Shown here: piece after piece, positions 1 to 14,250 of the stretch
How positions within the stretch are numbered: the first letter of the stretch is position 1
How the letters are laid out: the number at the start of each line of letters is the position of its first letter
DNA from: the human T2T-CHM13v2.0 reference genome, Homo sapiens
Assembly: GCF_009914755.1 (NCBI RefSeq)
Contig: NC_060948.1
Direction: 5' to 3' (one strand)
DNA length: 64,000 nt
Notes under the pieces: generated by a model
What the model saw: the letters and a program-made list of their open reading frames with translations, nothing else
Database searches by the model: none
What the model was told of the DNA's origin: nothing
Position numbers and translations under genes: made by a program

Positions 1-3000
1 CAAATTGAATAGCACGGAATTGAATTGAATGGAATGGAATGCAATGGAATCTAATGAAACGGAAAGGAAAGGAATGGAATGGAATGGAATGGGCTGGAAT
101 GGAAAGGAATCGAAACGAATGGAATGGAATCGAACTGAAGAGACTGGAATGGAATGCACTGGAATGGAAGGGAGTGTAATGGAAGGTTCTCGAAAAAAAT
201 GGAATCGAATGGAATGGAATTGAATGGAACGGAATAGAGTCGAATGGAATTGAATGGAATGGAATGGACTAGAGTGAAATGGAATCGAACCACAAGGAAT
301 GGACAGGAATAGAATGGTCTCGAATTGAATGGAATCGTATGGAATGGCATCAAACGGAATGGAATGGACAGCCACGGAATGGAATGCACTCGAATGCAAT
401 GGAGTCGAAACTAATGGACTGGAATAGAATGGACTCGACTGGTACGGACTCCAATGGAATGGAATCGAATGGAAGGGAATCGAACGGAATGGACTCGAAG
501 GGAAAAGACTGCAATGGAAAGGTCTCGAATGGAATGGAAATTAATGGAATGGAATGGAATCGAATGAAATGGAGTCAAAAGGAATGGAATCGAATGGCAA
601 GAAATCGAATGTAATGGAATCGCAAGGAATTGATGTGAACGGAACGGAATGGAATGGAATCCAAAGGAATGGAATAGAATGGAATGGAATCGAATGGAAA
701 GGACTCGAATGGAAATCACTCGAATAGAATGCAATTTAATAAAATAGGATCAAATGTAATGGAATGGAATGGAAAGGAATCGAAACGAAAGGAATGGAGA
801 CAGATGGAATGGAATGGAACAGAGAGCAATGGTATAGAATGGAATGGAATCATCTGGAATGGAATTGAATGGAATGGAATAATATGAAATGGAATGGAAT
901 GGAATGGAATGGAAAGCCCTTGAATTAAATGGACTGGAATGGAATGGACTCGAACAGAGTGGAATGGAAAGTGTTGAGATAGAATGGAATGGACTCCTTT
1001 GGAATGGTGTAGTATGCAATGCAATCGACTGGCAGGGAACCAAAAGGAATGTAATGGAATGGATTGGACTGGAATGCAATGGACTCGAATAGATTGGAAA
1101 CGGAATGCAAAGGAATGGAATGGAATAGTATGGAATGGAATGGAAAGGAATGGAGTGGAATAGACTAGAGTGGAATGGAATGGACTGGAAAGCAATGGAC
1201 TGGAATGGAACTTTCTTGAATGGACTGGAATCAAACGGAATGGAATGCAATGCAATCAAATGGCATGGAATAAAATAGAATGAAAGAGAATCAAATGGAA
1301 TTGAATCGAATGGAATCGAATGGATTGGAAAGGAATAGAATGGAATGGAATGGAATTGACTCAAATGGAATGGACTAGAATGGAATGGATTCGAATGGAA
1401 GGCAAAGGAATGGAATCTATTGGAATGGACTGTAATGGAATGGAATGGAAGGGATTGGAATGGACTCGAATGGAATGGACTGCAATAGAAAGGATTCGAA
1501 TGGAATGAAAAAGAATTGAATGGAATAGAACAGAATGGAATCAAATCGAATGAAATGGAATGGAATAGAAAGGAATGGAATGAAATGGAATGGAAAGGAT
1601 TCGAATGGAATGCAATCGAATGGAATGGAATCGAACGGAATGGAATAAAATGGAAGAAAACTGGCAAGAAATGGAATCGAAATGAATGGAGTGTTATGGC
1701 ACGGACTCAAAAGGAATTGAATGTAATAGAATGGAGTGGAGTGGACTCGAATATAATGGACTGGAATGGAATGAAATCACATGGAATGGGAACGAATGGA
1801 ATGGAATGGAAAGGAATGGAATCGAATGGAAAGGAATCGAATGGAAGGGAATGAAATTGAATCAACAGGAATGGAAGGGAATAGAATAGACGGTAATGGA
1901 ATGGACTCGAATAGAATGGACACGAATGCTGAAATTGAATGGACTCGAATGGAATGGAAACGAAAGGAATGTCATCGAATGGAATTGAATCGATTGGAAT
2001 GAAATCGCATAGAATGGAGTGGAATCAAATGGAATTGAATCGAAAGGAAAGGAAGCGAATGGACTGAAATGAAATGGAATGGAATTGAATGGAAAGTAAT
2101 GCAATGGAATAGAATGGAATGAAATTTCACGGAATGGAATCAAACTGAATGGAATCAAATCAATGGAATCAAATCAAATGGAATGGAAAGGAATTGAATG
2201 GAGTAGATTGGATTCGATGGGATTGGAATGAAATGTACTGGAAAGGACTCGAATTTCATGAAACGGAATGGAATGAATTGGAACGGAATGGACTCGAATG
2301 GAATGGAATGTCATGGAATGGCATCAAATGGAATGGCATCAAATGGAATGGAATCGAATGCAATGGAATGCTATGGAATGGAATGGAATGCATTGGAATG
2401 GAATGTCCTCTAATGGAATGGATTCGAGTGGAATGGAATCGAATATAATGGAGTCGAATGAAATGGAATTGAAAGGAATGGGATCGAATACAATGGAATA
2501 TACTGGAATGTAATGTAATGAACTCGAATGTAATTGACTGGAATGGAATGTACATGAATGGAATGTAATCGAATGGAAAGTAATCCAATGGAATAGAATC
2601 TAATGCAATAAAACCGACTCAGATAGAGTAGAATGTAATGGAATGGAGTGCAGTGCAATGGAATGGAATGGAATGGAATGGAATGCAATGGAATGGAATG
2701 GAATGGAATGGAATGGAATGGAATGGAAGGGAATGGGATGGAATGGTATGGAATGGATAGTAATGGACTGGAGTGAAATGGACTGGAAAGGAATGGACTC
2801 AAATTGAAAGGGCTCGAAAGGAATGGAGTCAAATGGAATGGTCTGGAATGGAATGAACACGAATGTAATGCAATCCAATAGAATGGAATCGAATGGCATG
2901 GAATATAAAGAAATGGAATCGAAGAGAATGGAAACAAATGGAATGGAATTGAATGGAATGGAATTGAATGGAATGGGAACGAATGGAGTGAAATTGTATG

Positions 3001-3574
3001 CAGTAGAAGGGAATAGAATGGAATGCAAGCGAAAGGAAAGGAATGGATTGGAATGGAATGGAATTCATTGGAATGGAAGGGAATGTAGTGTAATGGACAG
3101 GCCTGGAATAAAGTGGAATGCTACGGTCTCGAATGGAATAAAAATGTATGGAATGGAATGCAATGAAACGGAATCGAATGTCATAGAATGTAATGGAATG
3201 CAAAAAAATGGACTCCAAAATCATTGACTGGAAAGGCTGGGTGTCGAAAGGAATTGACTCCAATGGAATGGAATCGAATGGAATGGAAGTGAATAGAATC
3301 GAACTAAATCGAATGGAATGGAATTGATAGGAACGGAATGGAAAGGAATGCAATGATTTGGCATGGAATGGAATCGAATGGCATCGAATGGAATGGAATG
3401 GAATGCAATGGAATGGAATGTATTAGAATGTAATGAACTTTAATGGAATGTACTCGAATGGATTCGACTGGAATGGAATGTTCTGGAAGTGAATGGACTC
3501 CAATGGAATGGATTCAAAAGGAATGGAATCGTACGGAATGGAATCTAATGGAATGGAATTAAATGGAAATGAAT
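1..3574 (+). repeat. HOR unit 1 (3574 bp)
   Basis: Landmark CAAATTGAATAGCACGG at 1 and 3575; EcoRI 3061-3066, StuI/HaeIII AGGCCT 3099-3104. The unit boundary is an arbitrary landmark. Confidence 0.92.
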
Positions 3575-6500
3575 CAAATTGAATAGCACGGAATTGAATT
3601 GAATGGAATGGAATGCAATGGAATCTAATGAAACGGAAAGGAAAGGAATGGAATGGAATGGAATGGGCTGGAATGGAAAGGAATCGAAACGAATGGAATG
3701 GAATCGAACTGAAGAGACTGGAATGGAATGCACTGGAATGGAAGGGAGTGTAATGGAAGGTTCTCGAAAAAAATGGAATCGAATGGAATGGAATTGAATG
3801 GAACGGAATAGAGTCGAATGGAATTGAATGGAATGGAATGGACTAGAGTGAAATGGAATCGAACCACAAGGAATGGACAGGAATAGAATGGTCTCGAATT
3901 GAATGGAATCGTATGGAATGGCATCAAACGGAATGGAATGGACAGCCACGGAATGGAATGCACTCGAATGCAATGGAGTCGAAACTAATGGACTGGAATA
4001 GAATGGACTCGACTGGTACGGACTCCAATGGAATGGAATCGAATGGAAGGGAATCGAACGGAATGGACTCGAAGGGAAAAGACTGCAATGGAAAGGTCTC
4101 GAATGGAATGGAAATTAATGGAATGGAATGGAATCGAATGAAATGGAGTCAAAAGGAATGGAATCGAATGGCAAGAAATCGAATGTAATGGAATCGCAAG
4201 GAATTGATGTGAACGGAACGGAATGGAATGGAATCCAAAGGAATGGAATAGAATGGAATGGAATCGAATGGAAAGGACTCGAATGGAAATCACTCGAATA
4301 GAATGCAATTTAATAAAATAGGATCAAATGTAATGGAATGGAATGGAAAGGAATCGAAACGAAAGGAATGGAGACAGATGGAATGGAATGGAACAGAGAG
4401 CAATGGTATAGAATGGAATGGAATCATCTGGAATGGAATTGAATGGAATGGAATAATATGAAATGGAATGGAATGGAATGGAATGGAATGGAATGGAATG
4501 GAATGCCCTTGAATTAAATGGACTGGAATAGAATGGACTCGAACAGAGTGGAATGGAAAGTGTTGAGATAGAATGCAATGGACTCCTTCGGAATGGTCTA
4601 GTATGCAATGCAATCGACTGGCAGGGAATCAAAAGGAATGTAATCGAATGGATTGGACTGGAATGCAGTGGACTCGAATAGATTGGAAACGGAATGCAAA
4701 GGAATGGAATGGAATAGTATGGAATGGAATGGAAAGGAATGGAGTGGAATAGACTAGAGTGGAATGGAATGGACTGGAAAGCAATGGACTGGAATGGAAC
4801 TTTCTTGAATGGACTGGAATCAAACGGAATGGAATGCAATGCAATCAAATGGCATGGAATAAAATAGAATGAAAGAGAATCAAATGGAATTGAATCGAAT
4901 GGAATCGAATGGATTGGAAAGGAATAGAATGGAATGGAATGGAATTGACTCAAATAGAATGGACTAGAATGGAATGGATTCGAATGGAAGGCAAAGGAAT
5001 GGAATCTATTGGAATGGACTGTAATGGAATGGAATGGAAGGGATTGGAATGGACTCGAATGGAATGGACTGCAATAGAAAGGATTCGAATGGAATGAAAA
5101 AGAATTGAATGGAATAGAACAGAATGGAATCAAATCGAATGAAATGGAATGGAATAGAAAGGAATGGAATGAAATGGAATGGAAAGGATTCGAATGGAAT
5201 GCAATCGAATGGAATGGAATCGAACGGAATGGAATAAAATGGAAGAAAACTGGCAAGAAATGGAATCGAAATGAATGGAGTGTTATGGAACGGACTCAAA
5301 AGGAATTGAATGTAATAGAATGGAGTGGAGTGGACTCGAATATAATGGACTGGAATGGAATGAAATCACATGGAATGGGAACGAATGGAATGGAATGGAA
5401 AGGAATGGAATCGAATGGAAAGGAATCGAATGGAAGGGAATGAAATTGAATCAACAGGAATGGAAGGGAATAGAATAGACGGTAATGGAATGGACTCGAA
5501 TAGAATGGACACGAATGCTCAAATCGAATGGACTCGAATGGAATGGAAACGAAAGGAATGTCATCGAATGGAATTGAATGGATTGGAATGAAATCGCATA
5601 GAATGGAGTGGAATCAAATGGAATTGAATCGAAAGGAAAGGAAGCGAATGGACTGAAATGAAATGGAATGGAATTGAATGGAAAGTAATGCAATGGAATA
5701 GAATGGAAGGAAATTTCACGGAATGGAATCAAACTGAATGGAATCAAATCAATGGAATCAAATCAAATGGAATGGAAAGGAATTGAATGGAGTAGATTGG
5801 ATTGGATGGGATTGGAATGAAATGTACTGGAAAGGACTCGAATTTCATGAAACGGAATGGAATGAATTGGAACGGAATGGACTCGAATGGAATGGAATGT
5901 CATGGAATGGCATCAAATGGAATGGAATCGAATGCAATGGAATGCTATGGAATGGAATGGAATGCATTGGAATGGAATGTCCTCTAATGGAATGGATTCG
6001 AGTGGAATGGAATCGAATATAATGGAGTCGAATGAAATGGAATTGAAAGGAATGGGATCGAATACAATGGAATATACTGGAATGTAATGTAATGAACTCC
6101 AATGTAATTGATTGGAATGGAATGTACATGAATGGAATGTAATCGAATGGAAAGTAATCCAATGGAATAGAATCTATTGCAATAAAATCGACTCAGATAG
6201 AGTAGAATGTAATGGAATGGAGTGCAGTGCAATGGAATGGAATGGAATGGAATGCAATGGAATGGAATGGAATGGAATGGAATGGAATGGAATGGAATGG
6301 AATGGGATGGAATGGGATGGAATGGTATGGAATGGATAGTAATGGACTGGAGTGAAATGGACTGGAAAGGAATGGACTCAAATTGAAAGGGCTCGAAAGG
6401 AATGGAGTCAAGTGGAATGGTCTGGAATGGAATGAACACGAATGTAATGCAATCCAATAGAATGGAATCGAATGGCATGGAATATAAAGAAATGGAATCG

Positions 6501-7153
6501 AAGAGAATGGAAACAAATGGAATGGAATTGAATGGAATGGAATTGAATGGAATGGGAACGAATGGAGTGAAATTGTATGCAGTAGAAGGGAGTAGAATGG
6601 AATGCAAGCGAAAGGAAAGGAATGGATTGGAATGGAATGGAATTCATTGGAATGGAAGGGAATGTAGTGTAATGGACAGGCCTGGAATAAAGTGGAATGC
6701 TACGGTCTCGAATGGAATAAAAATGTATGGAATGGAATGCAATGAAACGGAATCGAATGTCATAGAATGTAATGGAATGCAACAAAATGGAATCCAAAAT
6801 CATTGACTGGAAAGGCTGGGTGTCGAAAGGAATTGACCCCAATGGAATGGAATCGAATGGAATGGAAGTGAATAGAATCGAACTAAATCGAATGGAATGG
6901 AATTGATAGGAACGGAATGGAAAGGAATGCAATGATTTGGCATGGAATGGAATCGAATGGCATCGAATGGAATGGAATGGAATGCAATGGAATGGAATGT
7001 ATTAGAATGTAATGAACTTTAATGGAATGTACTCGAATGGATTCGACTGGAATGGAATGTTCTGGAAGTGAATGGACTCCAATGGAATGGATTCCAAAGG
7101 AATGGAATCGTACGGAATGGAATCTAATGGAATGGAATTAAATGGAAATGAAT
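3575..7153 (+). repeat. HOR unit 2 (3579 bp)
   Basis: Landmark spacing; ORF-track homologues at 3603 and 7182. Confidence 0.9.
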
Positions 7154-10100
7154 CAAATTGAATAGCACGGAATTGAATTGAATGGAATGGAATGCAATGG
7201 AATCTAATGAAACGGAAAGGAAAGGAATGGAATGGAATGGAATGGGCTGGAATGGAAAGGAATCGAAACGAATGGAATGGAATCGAACTGAAGAGACTGG
7301 AATGGAATGCACTGGAATGGAAGGGAGTGTAATGGAAGGTTCTCGAAAAAAATGGAATCGAATGGAATGGAATTGAATGGAACGGAATAGAGTCGAATGG
7401 AATTGAATGGAATGGAATGGACTAGAGTGAAATGGAATCGAACCACAAGGAATGGACAGGAATAGAATGGTCTCGAATTGAATGGAATCGTATGGAATGG
7501 CATCAAACGGAATGGAATGGACAGCCACGGAATGGAATGCACTCGAATGCAATGGAGTCGAAACTAATGGACTGGAATAGAATGGACTCGACTGGTACGG
7601 ACTCCAATGGAATGGAATCGAATGGAAGGGAATCGAACGGAATGGACTCGAAGGGAAAAGACTGCAATGGAAAGGTCTCGAATGGAATGGAAATTAATGG
7701 AATGGAATGGAATCGAATGAAATGGAGTCAAAAGGAATGGAATCGAATGGCAAGAAATCGAATGTAATGGAATCGCAAGGAATTGATGTGAACGGAACGG
7801 AATGGAATGGAATCCAAAGGAATGGAATAGAATGGAATGGAATCGAATGGAAAGGACTCGAATGGAAATCACTGGAATAGAATGCAATTTAATAAAATAG
7901 GATCAAATGTAATGGAATGGAATGGAAAGGAATCGAAACGAAAGGAATGGAGACAGATGGAATGGAATGGAACAGAGAGCAATGGTATAGAATGGAATGG
8001 AATCATCTGGAATGGAATTGAATGGAATGGAATAATATGAAATGGAATGGAATGGAATGGAATGGAATGCCCTTGAATTAAATGGACTGGAATGGAATGG
8101 ACTCGAACAGAGTGGAATGGAAAGTGTTGAGATAGAATGGAATGGACTCCTTTGGAATGGTGTAGTATGCAATGCAATCGACTGGCAGGGAATCAAAAGG
8201 AATGTAATGGAATGGATTGGACTGGAATGCAATGGACTCGAATAGATTGGAAACGGAATGCAAAGGAATGGAATGGAATAGTATGGAATGGAATGGAAAG
8301 GAATGGAGTGGAATAGACTAGAGTGGAATGGAATGGACTGGAAAGCAATGGACTGGAATGGAACTTTCTTGAATGGACTGGAATCAAACGGAATGGAATG
8401 CAATGCAATCAAATGGCATGGAATAAAATAGAATGAAAGAGAATCAAATGGAATTGAATCGAATGGAATCGAATGGATTGGAAAGGAATAGAATGGAATG
8501 GAATGGAATTGACTCAAATGGAATGGACTAGAATGGAATGGATTCGAATGGAAGGCAAAGGAATGGAATCTATTGGAATGGACTGTAATGGAATGGAATG
8601 GAAGGGATTGGAATGGACTCGAATGGAATGGACTGCAATAGAAAGGATTCGAATGGAATGAAAAAGAATTGAATGGAATAGAACAGAATGGAATCAAATC
8701 GAATGAAATGGAATGGAATAGAAAGGAATGGAATGAAATGGAATGGAAAGGATTCGAATGGAATGCAATCGAATGGAATGGAATCGAACGGAATGGAATA
8801 AAATGGAAGAAAACTGGCAAGAAATGGAATCGAAATGAATGGAGTGTTATGGAACGGACTCAAAAGGAATTGAATATAATAGAATGGAGTGGAGTGGACT
8901 CGAATATAATGGACTGGAATGGAATGAAATCACATGGAATGGGAACGAATGGAATGGAATGGAAAGGAATGGAATCGAATGGAAAGGAATCGAATGGAAG
9001 GGAATGAAATTGAATCAACAGGAAAGGAAGGGAATAGAATAGACGGTAATGGAATGGACTCGAATAGAATGGACACGAATGCTCAAATTGAATGGACTCG
9101 AATGGAATGGAAACGAAAGGAATGTCATCGAATGGAATTGAATCGATTGGAATGAAATCGCATAGAATGGAGTGGAATCAAATGGAATTGAATCGAAAGG
9201 AAAGGAAGCGAATGGACTGAAATGAAATGGAATGGAATTGAATTGAAAGTAATGCAATGGAATAGAATGGAACGAAATTTCACGGAATGGAATCAAACTG
9301 AATGGAATCAAATCAATGGAATCTAATCAAAGGAATGGAAAGGAATTGAATGGAGTAGATTGGATTGGATGGGATTGGAATGAAATGTACTGGAAAGGAC
9401 TCGAATTTCATGAAACGGAATGGAATGAATTGGAACGGAATGGACTCGAATGGAATGGAATGTCATGGAATGGCATCAAATGGAATGGCATCAAATGGAA
9501 TGGAATCGAATGCAATGGAATGCTATGGAATGGAATGGAATGCATTGGAATGGAATGTCCTCTAATGGAATGGATTCGAGTGGAATGGAATCGAATATAA
9601 TGGAGTCGAATGAAATGGAATTGAAATGAATGGGATCGAATTCAATGGAATATACAGCAATGTAATGTAATGAACTCGAATGTAATTGACTGGAATGGAA
9701 TGTACATGAATGGAATGTAATCGAATGGAAAGTAATCCAATGGAATAGAATCTAATGCAATAAAATCGACTCAGATAGAGTAGAATGTAATGGAATGGAG
9801 TGCAGTGCAATGGAATGGAATGGAATGGAATGCAATGGAATGGAATGGAATGGAATGGAATGGAATGGAATGGGATGGAATGGTATGGAATGGATAGTAA
9901 TGGACTGGAGTGAAATGGACTGGAAAGGAATGGACTCAAATTGAAAGGGCTCGAAAGGAATGCAGTCAAATGCAATGGTCTGGAATGGAATGAACACGAA
10001 TGTATTGCAATCCAATAGAATGGAATCGAATGGCATGGAATATAAAGAAATGGAATCGAAGAGAATGGAAACAAATGGATTGGAATTGAATGGAATGGAA

Positions 10101-10711
10101 TTGAATAGAATGGGAACGAATGGAATGAAATTGTATGCAGTAGAAGAGAATAGAATGGAATGCAAGCGAAAGGAAAGGAATGGATTGGAATGGAATGGAA
10201 TTCATTGGAATGCAAGGGAATGTAGTGTAATGGACAGGCCTGGAATAAAGTGGAATGCTACGGTCTCGAATGGAATAAAAATGTATGGAATGGAATGCAA
10301 TGAAACGGAATCGAATGTCATAGAATGTAATGGAATGCAACAAAATGGAATCCAAAATCATTGACTGGAAAGGCTGGGAGTCGAAAGGAATTGACTCCAA
10401 TGGAATGGAATCAAATGGAATGGAAGTGAATAGAATCGAACTAAATCGAATGGAATGGAATTGATAGGAACGGAATGGAAAGGAATGCAATGATTTGGCA
10501 TGGAATGGAATCGAATGGCATCGAATGGAATGGAATGGAATGCAATGGAATGGAATATATTAGAATGTAATGAACTTTAATGGAATGTACTCGAATGGAT
10601 TCGACTGGAATGGAATGTTCTGGAAGTGAATGGACTCCAATGGAATGGATTCAAAAGGAATGGAATCGTACGGAATGGAATCTAATGGAATGGAATTAAA
10701 TGGAAATGAAT
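7154..10711 (+). repeat. HOR unit 3 (3558 bp), 1-bp-deletion / extra-EcoRI variant
   Basis: Landmark spacing; TCTAATCAAAGG at ~9322; extra GAATTC at 9638-9643. Confidence 0.9.
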
Positions 10712-13700
10712 CAAATTGAATAGCACGGAATTGAATTGAATGGAATGGAATGCAATGGAATCTAATGAAACGGAAAGGAAAGGAATGGAATGGAATGGAA
10801 TGGGCTGGAATGGAAAGGAATAGAAACGAATGGAATGGAATCGAACTGAAGAGACTGGAATGGAATGCACTGGAATGGAAGGGAGTGTAATGGAAGGTTC
10901 TCGAAAAAAATGGAATCGAATGGAATGGAATTGAATGGAACGGAATAGAGTCGAATGGAATTGAATGGAATGGAATGGACTAGAGTGAAATGGAATCGAA
11001 CCACAAGGAATGGACAGGAATAGAATGGTCTCGAATTGAATGGAATCGTATGGAATGGCATCAAACGGAATGGAATGGACAGCCACGGAATGGAATGCAC
11101 TCGAATGCAATGGAGTCGAAACTAATGGACTGGAATAGAATGGACTCGACTGGTACGGACTCCAATGGAATGGAATCGAATGGAAGGGAATCGAACGGAA
11201 TGGACTCGAAGGGAAAAGACTGCAATGGAAAGGTCTCGAATGGAATGGAAATTAATGGAATGGAATGGAATCGAATGAAAAGGAGTCAAAAGGAATGGAA
11301 TCGAATGGCAAGAAATCGAATGTAATGGAATCGCAAGGAATTGATGTGAACGGAACGGAATGGAATGGAATCCAAAGGAATGGAATAGAATGGAATGGAA
11401 TCGAATGGAAAGGACTCGAATGGAAATCACTCGAATAGAATGCAATTTAATAAAATAGGATCAAATGTAATGGAATGGAATGGAAAGGAATCGAAACGAA
11501 AGGAATGGAGACAGATGGAATGGAATGGAACAGAGAGCAATGGTATAGAATGGAATGGAATCATGTGGAATGGAATTGAATGGAATGGAATAATATGAAA
11601 TGGAATGGAATGGAATGCCCTTGAATTAAATGGACTGGAATGGAATGGACTCGAACAGAGTGGAATGGAAAGTGTTGAGATAGAATGGAATGGACTCCTT
11701 TGGAATGGTGTAGTATGCAATGCAATCGACTGGCCGGGAATCAAAAGGAATGTAATGGAATGGATTGGACTGGAATGCAATGGACTCGAATAGATTGGAA
11801 ACGGAATGCAAAGGAATGGAATGGAATAGTATGGAATGGAATGGAAAGGAATGGAGTGGAATAGACTAGAGTGGAATGGAATGGACTGGAAAGCAATGGA
11901 CTGGAATGGAACATTCTTGAATGGACTGGAATCAAACGGAATGGAATGCAATGCAATCAAATGGCATGGAATAAAATAGAATGAAAGAGAATCAAATGGA
12001 ATTGAATCGAATGGAATCGAATGGATTGGAAAGGAATAGAATGGAATGGAATGGAATTGACTCAAATGGAATGGACTAGAATGGAATGGATTCGAATGGA
12101 AGGCAAAGGAATGGAATCTATTGGAATGGACTGTAATGGAATGGAATGGAAGGGATTGGAATGGACTCGAATGGAATGGACTGCAATAGAAAGGATTCGA
12201 ATGGAATGAAAAAGAATTGAATGGAATAGAACAGAATGGAATCAAATCGAATGAAATGGAATGGAATAGAAAGGAATGGAAAGGATTCGAATGGAATGCA
12301 ATCGAATGGAATGGAATCGAACGGAATGGAATAAAATGGAAGAAAACTGGCAAGAAATGGAATCGAAATGAATGGAGTGTTATGGAACGGACTCAAAAGG
12401 AATTGAATGTAATAGAATGGAGTGGAGTGGATTCGAATATAATGGACTGGAATGGAATGAAATCACATGGAATGGGAACGAATGGAATGGAATGGAAAGG
12501 AATGGAATCGAATGGAAAGGAATCGAATGGAAGGGAATGAAATTGAATCAACAGGAATGGAAGGGAATAGAATAGACGGTAATGGAATGGACTCGAATAG
12601 AATGGACACGAATGCTCAAATTGAATGGACTCGAGTGGAATGGAAACGAAAGGAATGTCATCGAATGGAATTGAATCGATTGGAATGAAATCGCATAGAA
12701 TGGAGTGGAATCAAATGGAATTGAATCGAAAGGAAAGGAAGCGAATGGACTGAAATGAAATGGAATGGAATTGAATGGAAAGTAATGCAATGGAATAGAA
12801 TGGAACGAAATTTCACGTAATGGAATCAAACTGAATGGAATCAAATCAATGGAATCAAATCAAATGGAATGGAAAGGAATTGAATGGAGTAGATTGGATT
12901 GGATGGGATTGGAATGAAATGTACTGGAAAGGACTCGAATTTCATGAAACGGAATGGAATGAATTGGAACGGAATGGACTCGAATGGAATGGAATGTCAT
13001 GGAATGGCATCAAATGGAATGGCATCAAATGGAATGGAATCGAATGCAATGGAATGCTATGGAATGGAATGGAATGCATTGGAATGGAATGTCCTCTAAT
13101 GGAATGGATTCGAGTGGAATGGAATCGAATATAATGGAGTCGAATGAAATGGAATTGAAAGGAATGGGATCGAATACAATGGAATATACTGGAATGTAAT
13201 GTAATGAACTCGAATGTAATTGACTGGAATGGAATGTACATGAATGGAATGTAATCGAATGGAAAGTAATCCAATGGAATAGAATCTAATGCAATAAAAT
13301 CGACTCAGATAGAGTAGAATGTAATGGAATGGAGTGCAGTGCAATGGAATGGAATGGAATGGAATGCAATGGAATGGAATGGAATGGAATGGAATGGAAT
13401 GGAATGGGATGGGTTGGAATGGTATGGAATGGATAGTAATGGACTGGAGTGAAATGGACTGGAAAGGAATGGACTCAAATTGAAAGGGCTCGAAAGGAAT
13501 GGAGCCAAATGGAATGGTCTGGAATGGAATGAACACGAATGTAATGCAATCCAATAGAATGGAATCGAATGGCATGGAATATAAAGAAATGGAATCGAAG
13601 AGAATGGAAAAAAATGGAATGGAATTGAATGGAATGGAATTGAATGGAATGGGAACGAATGGAGTGAAATTTTATGCAGCAGAAAGGAATAGAATGGAAT

Positions 13701-14250
13701 GCAAGCGAAAGGAAAGGAATGGATTGGAATGGAATGGAATTCATTGGAATGGAAGGGAATGTAGTGTAATGGACAGGCCTGGAATAAAGTGGAATGCTAC
13801 GGTCTCGAATGGAATAAAAATGTATGGAATGGAATGCAATGAAACGGAATCGAATGTCATAGAATGTAATGGAATGCAAAAAAATGGAATCCAAAATCAT
13901 TGACTGGAAAGGCTGGGTGTCGAAAGGAATTGACTCCAATGGAATGGAATCGAATGGAATGGAAGTGAATAGAATCGAACTAAATCGAATGGAATGGAAT
14001 TGATAGGAACGGAATGGAAAGGAATGCAATGATTTGGCATGGAATGGAATCGAATGGCATCGAATGGAATGGAATGGAATGCAATGGAATGGAATGTATT
14101 AGAATGTAATGAACTTTAATGGAATGTACTCGAATGGATTCGACTGGAATGGAATGTTCCGGAAGTGAATGGACTCCAATGGAATGGATTCAAAAGGAAT
14201 GGAATCGTACGGAATGGAATCTAATGGAATGGAATTAAATGGAAATGAAT
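10712..14250 (+). repeat. HOR unit 4 (3539 bp), extra-HaeIII variant
   Basis: Landmark spacing; GGCCGGG at 11732. Confidence 0.9.

Noticed and set aside
731-750. AATAAA-like polyadenylation signals (TTTAATAAAATAGG; also GGAATAAAG ~3105)
   Set aside because: These arise from one or two changes to the pentamer. There is no transcript evidence and no downstream GU-rich element.
96-789. 24-bp identity GGAATGGAAAGGAATCGAAACGAA at 96-119 and 766-789 within each unit
   Set aside because: It consists of common pentamer variants and has too little information to support an ancient internal duplication.
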